This document shows, one piece after another, positions 39,671 to 54,151 of a stretch of 64,000 nucleotides of DNA. This DNA comes from Octopus vulgaris (Eukaryota): positions 52,018,001 to 52,082,000 of the forward strand of contig OX597820.1 of assembly GCA_951406725.2 (NCBI GenBank). The letters are read 5' to 3'. The position numbers and the translations under genes were made by a program. The notes beneath the pieces were generated by a model that saw only the letters and a list, made by a program, of their open reading frames with translations, made no database searches and was not told the DNA's origin. The first letter of the stretch is position 1. Every line of letters starts with the position of its first letter.

Positions 39671-39942
39671 CATATTCACTCACACATGAACAGACATATA
39701 TATATATATCTTAAAGTTAATATACATATATACATCTAGGATGTTTTATGAAATTATAATATTTTCTAATATTTCTGAGATTTTCTATTATCCGATTATG
39801 AATATGCTCGGTTTTATACGTATGCAAACATTTCACAAGAAAGAGAAACATATATTCATAAATGATGGTATGTTTACATTTCTACGTTTCCATTTCATAT
39901 ACCATATCAATCGTACTAAAGATGTATATATCTATATATCTG

Positions 39943-40006
<64 letters not shown>

Positions 40007-40054
40007 GTGAATTGAAGAAATGGAGCTGAACGAAGATTGAACAGAAATTGTTTT

Positions 40055-40145
40055 ATTTCATTCTACACGTGTTTCGGAAGGCACAATTTACCAAAATCCG
40101 ATTGAATAATGAGACCATACTGTGTCTTTCTCTTCAGGAAGAAAT
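40055..40145 (-). ncRNA. Type-I hammerhead ribozyme, canonical core
   Basis: atttcttc-CTGAAGA-gaaagacacagt...attgtgccttcc-GAAA-cacgtg-TA-gaatgaaat; palindromic stem III ACACGTGT. Confidence 0.8.
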
Positions 40146-41083
40146 AGGAAATCCATTGGAAAAAACAAAAACAGAACAGAGGCGGAGCAAAACAAATCGA
40201 ACTAGGCTCCTAAGAGCCCATGGCAAAACTGTTTATCAGTATATGTTGAGAACCGGTGGTTGAAGATTTTAACGGGTCAGGCAGCGGTCATTCCTGTGGG
40301 TTAGGGTGTGTAGATGTTCTTTGTGACCGAGAATAAAGTTCTGACTATTTAAGGAATATTGGATGTATTATAAGGGGCGAGAAAAAATCTACTTAGAGAC
40401 ATGTGTGTGTTTACTGTTCTATATATGTGTACAGTCGGCTTATATGTGTATCTGGCTTATAAATAACGCTTATAAATAATACCTGCACCCATAGCCCTTG
40501 GTAATAAATTCTGAAATAGCCTTTAAGATAATTACGATTAACCACTGCAAGGGGAATTACTCCTGTAAGATAAACGGGGCTTTGTTTTTGACGACGGGGG
40601 GGTTTCTTTGACAAGGCATGATTAGACGAACACACGCACACATAAAACATAAAATATTTTTCTGCCACCCAACGGTTTTTACTGCAGTAGCCATTGGGTA
40701 GAGCTGCTTAACAACTGACAGCCGAGCGATCAAACGCACACACGTACACAAAAAATGTTTTCTACCCCTTGACGGAGTTCTTGCCAACCTGCGCCAGCAC
40801 ACATATATAGAACAGTAAACACACACATGTCTCTAAGTAGATTTTTTCTCGCCCCTTATAATACATCCAATATTCCTTAAATAGTCAGAACTTTATTCTC
40901 GGTCACAAAGAACATCTACACACCCCCACCCACAGGAATGACCGCTGCCTGACCCGTTAAAATCTTCAACCAACGGTTCTCAACATACACTGATAAACAG
41001 TTTTGCCATGGGCTCTTAGGAGCCTAGTTCGATTTGTTTTGCTCCGCCTCTGTTCTGTTTTTGTTTTTTCCAACGGATTTCCT

Positions 41084-41174
41084 ATTTCTTCCGGAAGAGA
41101 AAGACACAATATGGTCTCATTATTCAATCGGATTTTGGTAAATTGTGCCTTTCGAAACACGTGTAGAATGAAAT
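41084..41174 (+). ncRNA. Hammerhead ribozyme copy with U4G core substitution
   Basis: atttcttc-CGGAAGA-gaaagacacaat...attgtgcctttc-GAAA-cacgtg-TA-gaatgaaat; stem II 11/12 paired. Confidence 0.75.
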
Positions 41175-44100
41175 AAAACAATTTCTGTTCAATCTTCGTT
41201 CAGCTCCATTTCTTCAATTCACCAATAATATTAAAATTCAATTATCCGCACCAACGCACGGTTGCAACACCATATGGTTGTACCTCCAACCGTGCTGTCT
41301 TCTGCTGTGATTTTTGCTACCAAGGTATCGGTTAAACTTTTGATTAATCTGCTACAAGATTATTCATCTTTCTATTTCACATATATATATATATATATAA
41401 ATAAAGTATATATATATATATGAAAACAGTGTTGACAAACGAAACAGCGTTAAATTAACATGGTCATGTGTATACCATACTTAACATATACTCCATTGAA
41501 ATGCATGATGCCGTTGTTTTCGTCTGAGAGAAAATCTCAGTATAGACATGAGGTTCTAAGAAGACACTATATATCGGTGTGCGAAACGCAGATTTTTCCA
41601 GCGATTTTTCAATGGTGTTTCCTTGCTACATGAGACATATATATATTTCTCTTTCCTTGTGCCTTTGCAGTTAATTGCTAGTCAGAAGACTAGAGGCATA
41701 TTTCGACCTTCTAGAGTCTTGTGAATGAGATGTATTTATTTTGTGAATCACTGCCGGAACAAGTTTACATCTAACTCTAACAGATACTGTAAATTAAAAA
41801 AAAAAGCTTGTCTGTGCAGACATTTTGTATGAACCAAGATTTCATCCTGCTCAAAGGTGTGTATTCGTTAAGTATCATACATAGATGGCTACCTCAATAA
41901 TTATATTTCAATGTCATGCAATTATTCAGCCAGCCAGCTAGTTACAATAAGTTAATGCATTATTTGCTCCTCTTTTACATGTAGTGGGAAGGGACATATT
42001 TCAGCTGGGCTTCTGACTAGAATGTATATATCATTGATAAGATGGGCGCAATATGTCTGGTTTTGTTTTAAATCTCGGCAATGAGGATTTTCCATCCCCC
42101 TACGATATATTCAGTGTTTTTTGCGACACAGCATATCGAGGAAAAGATTTTATGTCGGTCAAATATTACACCATCTCGTTTCTCCACATTATATATACGT
42201 TAAGGATGATTTATACATCGCTACTTTATATAATTATATACTGATTTATACACACACTGTTACACGTGCGACGACAAATACACAAACACACACATGCCAG
42301 TGTGATGAAAACGAAGCTTTTTCTATCATACACTTTTACCGAACACATAGATGCATATTCTCGTGAAATTTCTGTTTCTCATATTCGCATTCTCTGCATG
42401 TGCGTATACATGGTGTGTCTGAATGTTTGCGTATGCATCTACATATATAAATATAGCTTTCATTTAATTGCAGGGTGTTGCTCAAAATGAACTCCTAAAA
42501 CATATACATGCTGTTTACACTCCACCCGCGATATTACGAGAATAATAACTGCTTCTAATGATTAACCGTCTTCATATCACTGCAACTTTGTCAAATAAAT
42601 CTTACTGTTAGTCATCTTCCCATCACGAATATTCATCTTCCCATCCCAAATGTTCTATTCCCATCACAAATATTCGTTCACGCTACAAAATCAGTTATAA
42701 ACTCCCAGTTGCTCCATCCCACAATTACACACTCACACCAAACACACACACACAGAGAGTTACACGCACACACAAATACAAGCACATACGCATACATATA
42801 CATGCATTATGTGAGTGTCTGTTCGCGCGTGAATGCGTCCATGCATTTCTGAGACACTGTTTGTGTGAAGCAGAGTGAATCTGTGTTCCTGCGTCCTCGC
42901 GTGTGTGCGCGCGCATTTTTCTGAAATTGGAATTAACGTTCGTTCATGTTTGGCATTTCGACAACGTTCGGCTTTGACTGAAACGCCACATCGAACCTTT
43001 ACTTTCAGTTCTGCATCTAAGGTAGTCTCATTTTCATATAAGGTGTACAGAGCTATGATAAGTAGAAAATTGATATAAGCACTTCTTGCTTCACACAGGT
43101 CTTCTATTCAAATGATAGTGATGCCAATATGATTGATTGCACATTATATACATCTGTAGATAATTATATAAATATAGACATGATGACAAGAAAATACGGA
43201 CAGATGAGAAAAATGTTGGCTGAATACCAACTTTCTGCAGCATTTTACATACTTTTTTTCCCAGGATATGCTGAGAAAAGCTTAGTTTACGTCTTAAAGC
43301 AACGGATATAACGACTTGCTGTTCACTAGTGTATATTTTTCATTTGTCAGATCTCAGTAATCACATCTACGTAGACACGTCGTGAACAAAATCTTTTTAT
43401 CAGTACTCTTATCAATAATGGCTAAGCTCAACTCAAAAACTATACAATTGACATCAATAAGAACCAAAATCTGTAGCACAATCTGCAGGTCCCAAAAGAA
43501 ATAGTCATCACCAACAACATAATCAAACAGGTTTCTACTTCACAGCGTTGGTTGCATCTTCTATTCAGATACAACTCACGAGGATGATATGTGCAGCCTA
43601 TGGTGCGAATGGAAATCTTGTGAATACGAAAGCAGTTATCAGAAAACTTTTTCATGCCTGCATAAAATGAATTCCTGCTCTTCGTCGCATCAAGCAGATT
43701 TCACAGTTTCCTCATTTACAACTGTTTTTAAATCTATGTAAAGATGGAAAGAGTAGAAAGACAACACATACCCTAAGAAGGAGTAGACACATGGAGTCAC
43801 AAGATACTGGGCATCATACAACAGCTATGGTGGATTGCTCAGCATATTAATACTGTTTTAATTTATTTGAACAATGAAAAGGGAAGCACAATCATTCAGG
43901 AGAATGATGTTTTTGAAAGTTTTTGAAAATAAACCATGTATTGTGCTATATCTAACAAACGGGTGCGACACTTCTGTAATAAATAGCAATTATTAGAACA
44001 CCTTTCTTGTCTTGACTGCAATTTTGTCAGCCAGAGAGTAAAAGTGAGTACAAAAGCATAAGGTTGAAAGACTAGACTATCTCACATCAGTGAAATCTGC

Positions 44101-44759
44101 CAAATTTCTCATGCAGAGAATGTTACTGAACAATTGGAACAAATCTAGTGTCTACATTAATCTTGGGTCCCATGTTAAAACGAGGCAAAATGAGTGAATT
44201 GAAGTGGAAATGGTAACTTCTCAGATTATGAAAGGCTACAACGTTGGCGACGACAGACATGTGTCCTGTGAGTGAGTGAGTTCGTATGCATGTGTCTGAA
44301 TGCGGGTGTTCGCGTATCTGCATCTGTGCATAATTCGTGTAGGTGTATAGTATCAACAACAGTTAACTGGAGCACTTTCCTCTTCAAACTACATTGTATT
44401 CTATAAAATTGAACAAAGAAATTGAATCAATTTTGTAAGCGATATATAACATAGCCTCACTTCCCAGTAAAAACAAAAAGAAATAAATTGACTTCATCAT
44501 GATCTAACCGCATTTTTGTAACTATTGAAATATATAGAGTGAGTTCCGGTACAGCCAAACTACCATTCAAGTCAATCGTTGCCTGAAGGATCGTATCAAC
44601 CAATATAATATTAGCAATGACATCCTGATCGCAAGCTCCGTGAAAATATAATCTAGACTATATTTCCTTCATTCTGCCGTTTTCTTAAAGAATCGAATCT
44701 TTATATCATTATATATACAAACACACACACACACACAGACACACGTATATGTGCGTATG

Positions 44760-44762
<3 letters not shown>

Positions 44763-44842
<80 letters not shown>

Positions 44843-44847
44843 GTATG

Positions 44848-44878
<31 letters not shown>

Positions 44879-44909
44879 GTAATATACATATATACATATA
44901 TACACACAC

Positions 44910-44959
<50 letters not shown>

Positions 44960-44978
44960 ATATGTATGTATGTATGTA
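44763..44978. repeat. Long interrupted (TA)n/(TATG)n microsatellite
   Basis: Direct reading. Confidence 0.95.
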
Positions 44979-45487
44979 TTCAAGTATTCTTTTTTTCTAT
45001 TCTAACAGAACGGAACAGATATCTTTTCAATGCAGTCTGTTCCAAGATAAAATAAATTATATAATATATTTTGCTGCTTTTTTGAATGAGAATATCTCCG
45101 CAATTTATTCTAAATGTACTCATGCCTTGCATACGCCAATGAGATCTACGAATTTGCTGGAGACTGCAATGTCTCCATCAAAATCGTATAATTCATTACA
45201 GACACTTAAACAATCCATACTGCAAAGTATGAACGTTATTACATAATCTATGCCACGTATTTAAACTCCCTTAAATCATTCTAAATTGTCTTCGAAAGGA
45301 AGGATATATGCTACATTTTTATCTACAATATCGCTTATCTCCATAAGCTATTACTGGAAATCTTGTCCACGTAATTTTTGTTTATATATGAACGGGTGCT
45401 CACTCACGTCCTATTTGAGTGTAAGCATATCTTGCATGAATAGCCGTTAATGTATATTCAAATTGTAATATAGGATGGGACAAAGAC

Positions 45488-45862
45488 GGCGATCTGGCAG
45501 AAACGTTAGTACGCCAGACGAAATGCTTAGCATTATTTCATCTGCTGCTACGTTCTGAGTTCAAATTCCGCCCAGGTCGACTTTGCCCTTCATCCTTTCG
45601 GGGTCGATTAAATAAGTACCAGTTGCGCACTGGGGTGGATATAATCGACGTAATCCGTTTGTCTGTCCCTGTTTTTCTTCTCTTTGTTTAGCTCCTTGTA
45701 GGTAGTAAAGAAACAGGTATTTCGTTCTGAGTTCAAGTTCCGCCGAGGTTCAATTATCCTTTCCTGGTCGATAAATTAAGTACCAGTTGCGTACTCGGCT
45801 CGGTCAATTAGACTGTCCCCTCCCCCAAAAATTCGGGCCTTGTGCCTAGAGCATAGAAGAAT
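45488..45862 (+). mobile_element. tRNA-derived SINE with Nin/Deu-like core and partial internal duplication
   Basis: ctggcagaaacgttag...gagttcaaattccg...gtcgactttgcccttcatcctttcggggtcgat; cgttctgagttcaa.ttccg...aagtaccagttgcg is repeated from 45723. Confidence 0.78.
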
Positions 45863-45970
45863 ATACGATGGCTCATTGTATACAAGTATGCATGATCACA
45901 ATACATTTGAAAATTAGATGTTATATCTGACTGAGACTAAGCAAAACCAAGCTGTATCTGTTTGCCATTA

Positions 45971-46188
45971 TGAGGTGTACTGAAAGGTTCTTGTCTTTGT
46001 GGGTATCGCCAAAGGCCTGGTTGGGGGCTGAAACTTCGGAGTTATTTTACAAAGCTTAGAAAAATAGAGAGGCCGCAGCAATAAGTGTGTGAATGTGAGA
46101 GGAAAATCTGTTCAATAAAACCACAACTAACTTATCCTCTTGTATTTTTTTTTTTACCCAAAGCCAGCAACTTTCCAGTATTCCCTCA
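45971..46188. mobile_element. Mariner-derived MITE
   Basis: TA|tgaggtgtactgaaaggttcttgtctttg ... caaagccagcaactttccagtattccctca|TA; diverged TIRs. Confidence 0.7.
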
Positions 46189-47814
46189 TATACCAACTTC
46201 ATGTAGCAGCTAATTTCGAAACTTGCAATCTACAGCTCTAAAATATCGAGATAGAGGAAAAAAAAAATTGAAACAAAACCTAAATTCATTAGGCCTGCAA
46301 AAATTAGAATACATGATTTGAACTGATATTTTTTTTCATATAACTGCATAGTAAGTAGTTAGCTGAAATGGAAAAATAACACAACGTAGCAACGTTGTAT
46401 TTTATCTATTTGGTCAACTTAGCGGAAAAATATTTATGTACAATATATATTTAAAAAATTCTTGACTAACTCGATGGCTTATACGGAAGCCGTATAACAT
46501 GGAATTAAAAGCTTAATTGCTTATAAACCCAGTTACCCACTAGCAGATATCTATTTTACCTGTAACGTATACATTATATATGAAGCCAAGGAAATTGCTT
46601 GTGTATACTTGACAAGCTAGCCGGAGGTGCATAGTATTTAAAATATAACTTACTGCTTTAAGCAGTACAAGTTAGTTGTTGCTATGCGTAAAAACAATAC
46701 GATCCGCTGCAGCATAAAAATACTGTATTCCGTATACCTATGTCTTTGAGCTGAATAATTCTACGGAAATATAAGCGCAGAAATCCAAAAACGCACGAAA
46801 AACACACATTCTTGTATGCTCAATCTCACACATTATTTCATTAAGCGATATAGTAATCAAATTACAGTAGCAGTGGTAATTCTGCGATTAATACGAAATA
46901 TTTTAGATGGTTGGAAGCTTGTACAGATCCATGAGAATTAGAGCTTTCGCTTGAAATTATATATTCTTCATTATTTTCATTTAAGACAACCTTTAATTTC
47001 TTTTGGATAAAGCTGTAATTGTGGGAACAAGACTTACCCATTCTCTCGACAGTTCAATGTTTCACTTATAAATCCAAGAGCTTCACGATGATTACACAGA
47101 ATAATCATGTTATCAACACTGTAGCTTTGAAGCATTTTTTTACAGTTTTTATTTTACTTTATGTCTCAATTTAATTTTCTATTCTATCTTGAACATCTCT
47201 TATCTGTTGTAAATAATCATTTTGTGAGTGTTCGAGTGATTCGATCCTCTGTTTCCATTTATGTCATTACCAGACCCTTCTCATTCAAGCTCTTGTTTGC
47301 TTACTTCTGTTATCCGTATTTTATAAACAAATATCGATTTTCAAACGAGCAGATAATAAATAATTGCATTTATATTCATCTTTTATATTCACCACCAATA
47401 CCATCATTATAGTTTTCAGTAACAAAGCTCAGCCCAGCTTCTTTGCCAACTAAGACCATTTTCATTTCCTTTTAGCTCAGTTCAGCTTTTTCCATCGCGC
47501 AGTTTACTATTAGATTTACAATTGTTTATCACTATTTATTTCTTTTCCGAAAACTTTACTAGATTCTTCATCAGTGTTATCACGCTTCCATCCGTGGCTT
47601 TTAACATTTCCATGCTTAACCGCTGGATACACAAGAAAACTGTGTAAAAGTTTTAAAGTTTTTGTTAATTAACAATACTTTAAAATAGTTTTCTGTTTTA
47701 TAAAAAACTAAGTTTTTAAATATTTGCTTATATTAAAAACGATTTCAACAACTCTACGCAAATTCCTATTATACACTTGCCCTGAAATCAGCACCATCCA
47801 CATGGCTGTTTACA

Positions 47815-48058
47815 TTCTCTCTTTACTCATCTTACTCTTTTACTTCTTTCAGTCATTTGACTGTGCCATGCTGGAGCACCACCTTTAGTCGAGCAAATTG
47901 ACCCCTGGAAATATTATTTGTTAGCCTAGTACTTATTCTATACGCCTCTTTTTCCGAACCGTTAAGTTTCGGAGACATAAACACACCAGCATTTGTTGCC
48001 AAGCGATATTGGTGGGACAAACACAGACACACAAATACACACATACACACACACATAT

Positions 48059-48151
<93 letters not shown>

Positions 48152-48313
48152 ACTGGCTTCTTTCAGTTTCCGTCTAACTAATCCGCTCACAAGGTTTAGT
48201 CGGCCCGAGGCTATAGTAGAAGTCACCTGCCCAAGGTGCCACGCAGTGGGACTGAACCAGGAAACATGTGGTTCGTAAGCAACCTACTTACCACACAGCC
48301 GCTCCTACGCCTA
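47815..48313 (-). mobile_element. Octopus-type SINE, full length, internal (TA)n(TG)n
   Basis: Reverse complement of the 52048 copy. Confidence 0.92.
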
Positions 48314-51300
48314 TAGTACATCCTATATACTTTTCCATTATTTATCTTCCTGAGGAGTACCACTGGCTCTCACCTCATCACGCATTCGCATTCCCACCAA
48401 CCACCAAACGGTTATACTCTCACACCAACGACCCACACTGCCACTAGCTAAGACTGTAATTCTTCTGTATTGCATACCTCTATATATACCCCTTATTCAT
48501 GCTTACAGACACACACACACACATACACTCTCACACGCTAACACAGACACATAAAAACTCACGGACGCGCGCACACACACACGCCTACAGTTATATTAGT
48601 TTCAGTTCATTTTACACAACCGCTTCCTTCTCCGTTCGTAACTAGTTCCATACAACAACATTCTTACTGGGTTTTTAAATCTTTACCTGTTCATTTTCAC
48701 CTTGTATTTCTCCACTTCCGCCTGTTCTTCGCCTATACTTTCTTTTGACTAATATCCTACCTCAAAACCAAAAGACACTCCCTTTTGTAATTTATACATT
48801 ATAAAATTGCGTAATTTTGCAATCGTTGCACTTCCTGTGTTGTATATTTTTGGTTCATTGTATTTATACTGCATAGGTATGTGTATGTTTTTGCGTATAA
48901 GTGTGCGTGTGTGCGTGTATGTGAGTGAGTGTGTGCATGTGTGTGAGTGTGTGCGTGTGTGTTTGGAAACTGAAATTTTGCACAAAACAATCAATTACCT
49001 GAATGCATTCTGCCAGTGAGATGAACTTATTTTCAAAGAGAAACGGTAAAGAATGATCTCGAGGTTTATATGTATCAGCGACTCCATGAAATTGAAATAT
49101 ACGAATTTAGCATTACTGTAATCCTGGTATATCTTTTGCAAAATCTTTTTGATTCATATGCGTTCCAAATTTCTAATCTTCTTAAATAACTGTCGAACTT
49201 TGAAATGTAATTAAACTGGGTTTCGAAGTTGAACGATAATTGTTGTATTCTCACTCACTATGCACGCAGGACAATATCTTCTAATTATTTTCTTTCACAG
49301 TTCTACATACCCATATTGTATGTCTTCTCTGCCATTGTTTTGTTATACGACGGCGATGAATAATATCTCAATGAGTTTCTTCGGGCGAGAATACTTCTCT
49401 TCATTTGTCTTCTGTTCACCTAACAGGAAATAACTTAGAAATAACTTATCTCCGGCGTTTTGCAATCCATTAACTGATCAGCCCATATCTATGTATTCAG
49501 GAACGATGGCATGTTGGAATTTATTTTTATTCAAATATTAACGAAATTATTTCTATGGCTTCGCGTCTTGATATCACATTCTTCATACTCCGAGTAGATA
49601 CCTTTTATCAATAATGTCTCTCTCATGTCAGCAATATTCGGATAAATAACACATACAACAAGCATGATGTTGCATATTTCTGTAACATGTATTGTATACT
49701 TCCTTATCAATGCATCTCGACATCTATCATCTCTGGTGTAGATATTCTACAAAGCATTTGAAATATATTGTGGTATATGTTATTGTGTTTCCGTGAAAAT
49801 CTGAAGCCAGAAATACTTTAGATTATAATTATAATTATAATTATATAATTATATAATTATAATAATAATAATTATTATTATTATATCAATATTATCTAGT
49901 TTACTTTAATAAATTTATAGTATAGTCTTTTTTGCTGTTGAATGTTGTTGTTTTCGTCACAACCTTTTTTGAGGGACCTTTTTTGCGGGACATTATACTT
50001 TGGATTAGGTCGACTCCTATGCTTAATTATTTGCGTATTTCTAAAGAAAGGATGAAATGCAAATGTTATTTAGGTTGAATTCAAATTAAGAAGAATAAAA
50101 TGCTGAATGATTCCGAGTAGACTGAATCTAATGATACAATGGTGATCCAGGCACCTCATAGATGTCAGTCAGATACATGTTTCGTATGTATCTGACTGAG
50201 TGATCTGCACCTGACATCAGGAATGGTATTGTAACATTTTTTAATCCACAAAGTAGCTCTAGATTCGTTGTATTCTTTGATCATCTTAAATCATTTCAAG
50301 CCATTACGCATTCTCTAGCATTGTTAAATAGCGAATGTTTTCCCTGGACGAAGAGAACGTTTTAGGTGGTTGATTTATTACTCTGTCAAATGATGCTCAA
50401 TAGTAAAGTGGAGATATTTTGCATCAACTGCTACTTTACTTGCCGTAGTTTGATGAATGTGTTTCTGGAATCAATTCTAATGAGCAATTGCGTGGAATAT
50501 AACTCATATGCTATACTCGGCACTGAATCGTAAGTACATAGTACTTACAGAAATTCCATCGGGCATGATGTTAAGACACACAGCAGAACCGTTTGCTCCT
50601 TGTTGCGAGAATAAACACAGATCAACAAAATTGCTCTCGAGACTGGTGTCTAGTGTCTTAAAATTTTCGACTTTATAATTATATCTAACAAATTTTGTTA
50701 CAATTACAACATACACATTACACCAGCTACCCCAATTGAGAAATGTACACTCTATCTTTTGTTTTAATATTCTTTTTTTTTAACATTATCCTTTAATAAC
50801 TGAAATGAATAGGCTAGCAGATTCTCGGGGCAATTAGCAAAACAGGTAGAGGAAAGGCCGAACAGACTACTGGACAAGTTAATAATTACTAGTATCCTAA
50901 AATCTCAATAAACGTTCATAAGATTCTTGCATAGTACAGGACAGTGCTTTTTGGCAGGTCATCAATACATATCTTAATTAAATGATCCTTCAGTTCTTAG
51001 TTTTTGCACTAAGTGCAAACTTTTCTAAATCAAGAAACCATATGTATTTATGTACTTCATCCAAAATAGTTTAAAATAGAAGTATGTTTTAAAAAAGCAG
51101 TCGCTTATCGCTCCACAGTTATTTTATACATCACATCTGACCCGCAATTCCACTGTACCATGTACTTACAGTTCAGCTTTGACCAAAGCATTCTAAATAT
51201 CATGTCATTCTTAATAATCGGCAGTTGCCCGTAAGTATTTTTATCAGAAATCCATTAATAAAAATCCGGTAAGAAAAACAGCCATGGCTAAGAAACATAA

Positions 51301-52047
51301 ATTCAGGTTGCAACATATTTGTGTCTTGTTCGATATTGTTCGATAAACAATGCCCCATTAGTATTCATGAGAGGGAGTTCTGAATCCGATGAGAAAGTAG
51401 ATTATCTTTATAGTTTGGTGTAACGACCATTTAACTTCAACGGACATTTGATTTCGAAGTATAACAATTTTAATATATATATAACAATTTTAATATATAT
51501 ATATATATATATAGCTGAAACTCACTTTTTACTTTATACTGTATGTAATTTAGAAACGCTTACTATATCAATGAAAACAATATGAACAACTAAATGTGGA
51601 AAATATTTTTAACTATCTCACAGAATATGCTAAAAGTATGGACTATTTCATTTATAGTCAGTCGCCTGTTATCCGTAACCATATGTTGAACACGATCATT
51701 GTTTTCCTCAGTGGTGGCACTTGCATGACCTCAAGAACTTGGGTCATGTTCACGAATCTCCCTTCCCATCTAATTCAGCTGCCCACTTTTGCATTGTTGA
51801 TAATGCGGGAACGTCATCCTGTAATGTAGTGACTATGTCAGCATGAGTATCCTTGCGGTTTAAACACTTCTTCTGCAGGTACTTGATAACATCACGATGT
51901 CAAACGTGTTTCCATTTTCAAGAGAGTTTGCTATTAGCTACTTTATAACACGTTTGAACAGATGTCAATTTACCTAAAAGAAACAATATAATTATTAGTA
52001 ACAAGTGTTAGAAGATTTAGAAAATAAAAGAAAAGCTGGCCATCCAT

Positions 52048-52215
52048 AGGCGCAGGAGTGGCTGTGTGGTAGCTTGCTAACCAACCACATGGTTCCGTGT
52101 TCAGTCCCACTGCGTGGCATCTTGGGCAAGGGTCTTCTGCTATAGCCTCGGGCCGACCAAAGCCTTGTGAGTGAATTTGGTAGACGGAAACTGAAAGAAG
52201 CCTGTTGTATATATG

Positions 52216-52252
<37 letters not shown>

Positions 52253-52473
52253 TTGTGTATATGCTTGTGTGTCTGTGTTTGTCCCTCTAGCATTGCTTGA
52301 CAACCGATGATGGTGTGTTTACGTCCCCGTCACTTACCAGTTCGGCAAAAGAGACCGATAGAATAAATACTGGGCTTACAAAGAATAAGTCCCGGGGTCA
52401 ATTTGCTCGACTAAAGGCGGTGCTCCAGCATGGCCGCAGTCAAATGACTGAAACAAGTAAAAGAGAAAGAGAG
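52048..52473 (+). mobile_element. Octopus-type SINE, full length, internal (TA)n(TG)n
   Basis: aggcgcaggagTGGCTGTGTGGt...GTTCAGTCCC head; 3' end ggtgctccagcatggccgcagtcaaatgactgaaacaagtaaaagag. Confidence 0.92.
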
Positions 52474-53872
52474 ATTCATGTTTACATAAACGAAATAACA
52501 CAAAATATTTTTGTTAAAAAGAATTAAATTTCAGTTCAATACAGGCTGTTTGGTATTTGTTTTGTTTTCTAGTGTGATGGCACTTGCGTCTGCAGCAAGC
52601 CATCTTTATGACTGTATTATTTGCATGAGTAGATCCTCAAAATACACATGACTTATTGATAAATTATTATAGAAGTAATTTCATCAGTCCTTCCTTGTGG
52701 GCTTTTGAATATTTCATCCCAACATCATACTTTTGAAGAATTCAGTAAACAAAACAAGTACTTAACACCTAAATTAATAGAAAACCTCAACGCTGATATT
52801 TACCTGAACGAAATACAGTCTAAATCCTCGTCAAATCGCATCTATTGTCTTAAACAACACAGGATATATATAAGATACTGCTAAATATAGCATGGCTGAG
52901 AAATATTGGATCATCACATATTAAACGGCTATGATCATCTCTCTTGTTTATGTGAGCAAATTCAAGTTAAAAACCGATTTAGCTTATAGGCTGATGTAGG
53001 AGTTTATCAAGAAAATCATTATAATATTTCACATTACAGTCTAAGTCACTTCATATCAGAAATTCCCACGCAGCTATTAAATTATGGATTTCTCTATATA
53101 ATAATTTCTTAATAAGTCATGTGTAGTTTAAAGATCTGCTCATGCAAACAATACAGTCATAAAGATGGCTTGCTGCTGATTGAAGTGCCAACATACTAGA
53201 AAACAACACAAATACGAAACAGTGTGTATTGAACTGAAATTTAATCCTTTGCTAACAAAAATATTTTGTGTTGTTTCGTTTATTTAAACATGAATGGCCA
53301 TCTTTTCTTTTATTTTCTAAATCTTTGTACGTTTGCCTTTTATAATTTTTGATAATTTGTTATTTTTTTTTTTTCCTGTGAAATGTTTTTGGTTGGCTAC
53401 GAACATTTCAAACGCACCAATTGTGAAGGAGAAAAACCTATCGAGAAAGGAAGGTTAATCTTGATATGGAAAATAAGTGAATATGAGTTGCGTTGAAAAC
53501 CATGAACCTTCCGGGGTAAAAAATACTGAAAGAAACCACGTCTTTTATTATCATCCCTTACCAATTAGTACCAAAGAAGCAGAGAATAAAAAGAACAATT
53601 TATTATTTATTATTTTGTTATATTACATTCTGTTTTGTTTTCCATTCTATATTTTTATATTTATCTTTCTTTCTTTTAATATTTCGTAACAGGATCGATA
53701 TTAAAATATCGATTTTGTTACATCTGTTTGGAAAATGTATTATGGATTTTTACTGGGAATAATTTGCCTTGTTTCTTTCTCTTCTTTCTTCCCAATAAAA
53801 CATTTCTAAAACACCATCAATAATAACATTAGAGTAACAACAACTATAACAATAATTTTAATAATGAGAATT

Positions 53873-54151
<279 letters not shown>

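Larger units (their letters stand above)
39998..41380 (+). mobile_element. Non-coding PLE-derived element with 433-bp inverted arms (39998-40430 / 40799-41231), in (TA)n
   Basis: The arms are near-identical reverse complements (the track gives twin 71-aa ORFs at 40048+ and 41181-). Each arm carries a hammerhead. The right arm extends ~150 bp further to a (TA)n tract. Confidence 0.88.

Noticed and set aside
44669-45246. Long YIYI/VCVC/THTH/poly-N/poly-L ORFs here and at about 5281, 14977, 20904, 39215, 47853, 53864, 54528 and 59508
   Set aside because: These are translations of microsatellites that lack stop codons, not genes.
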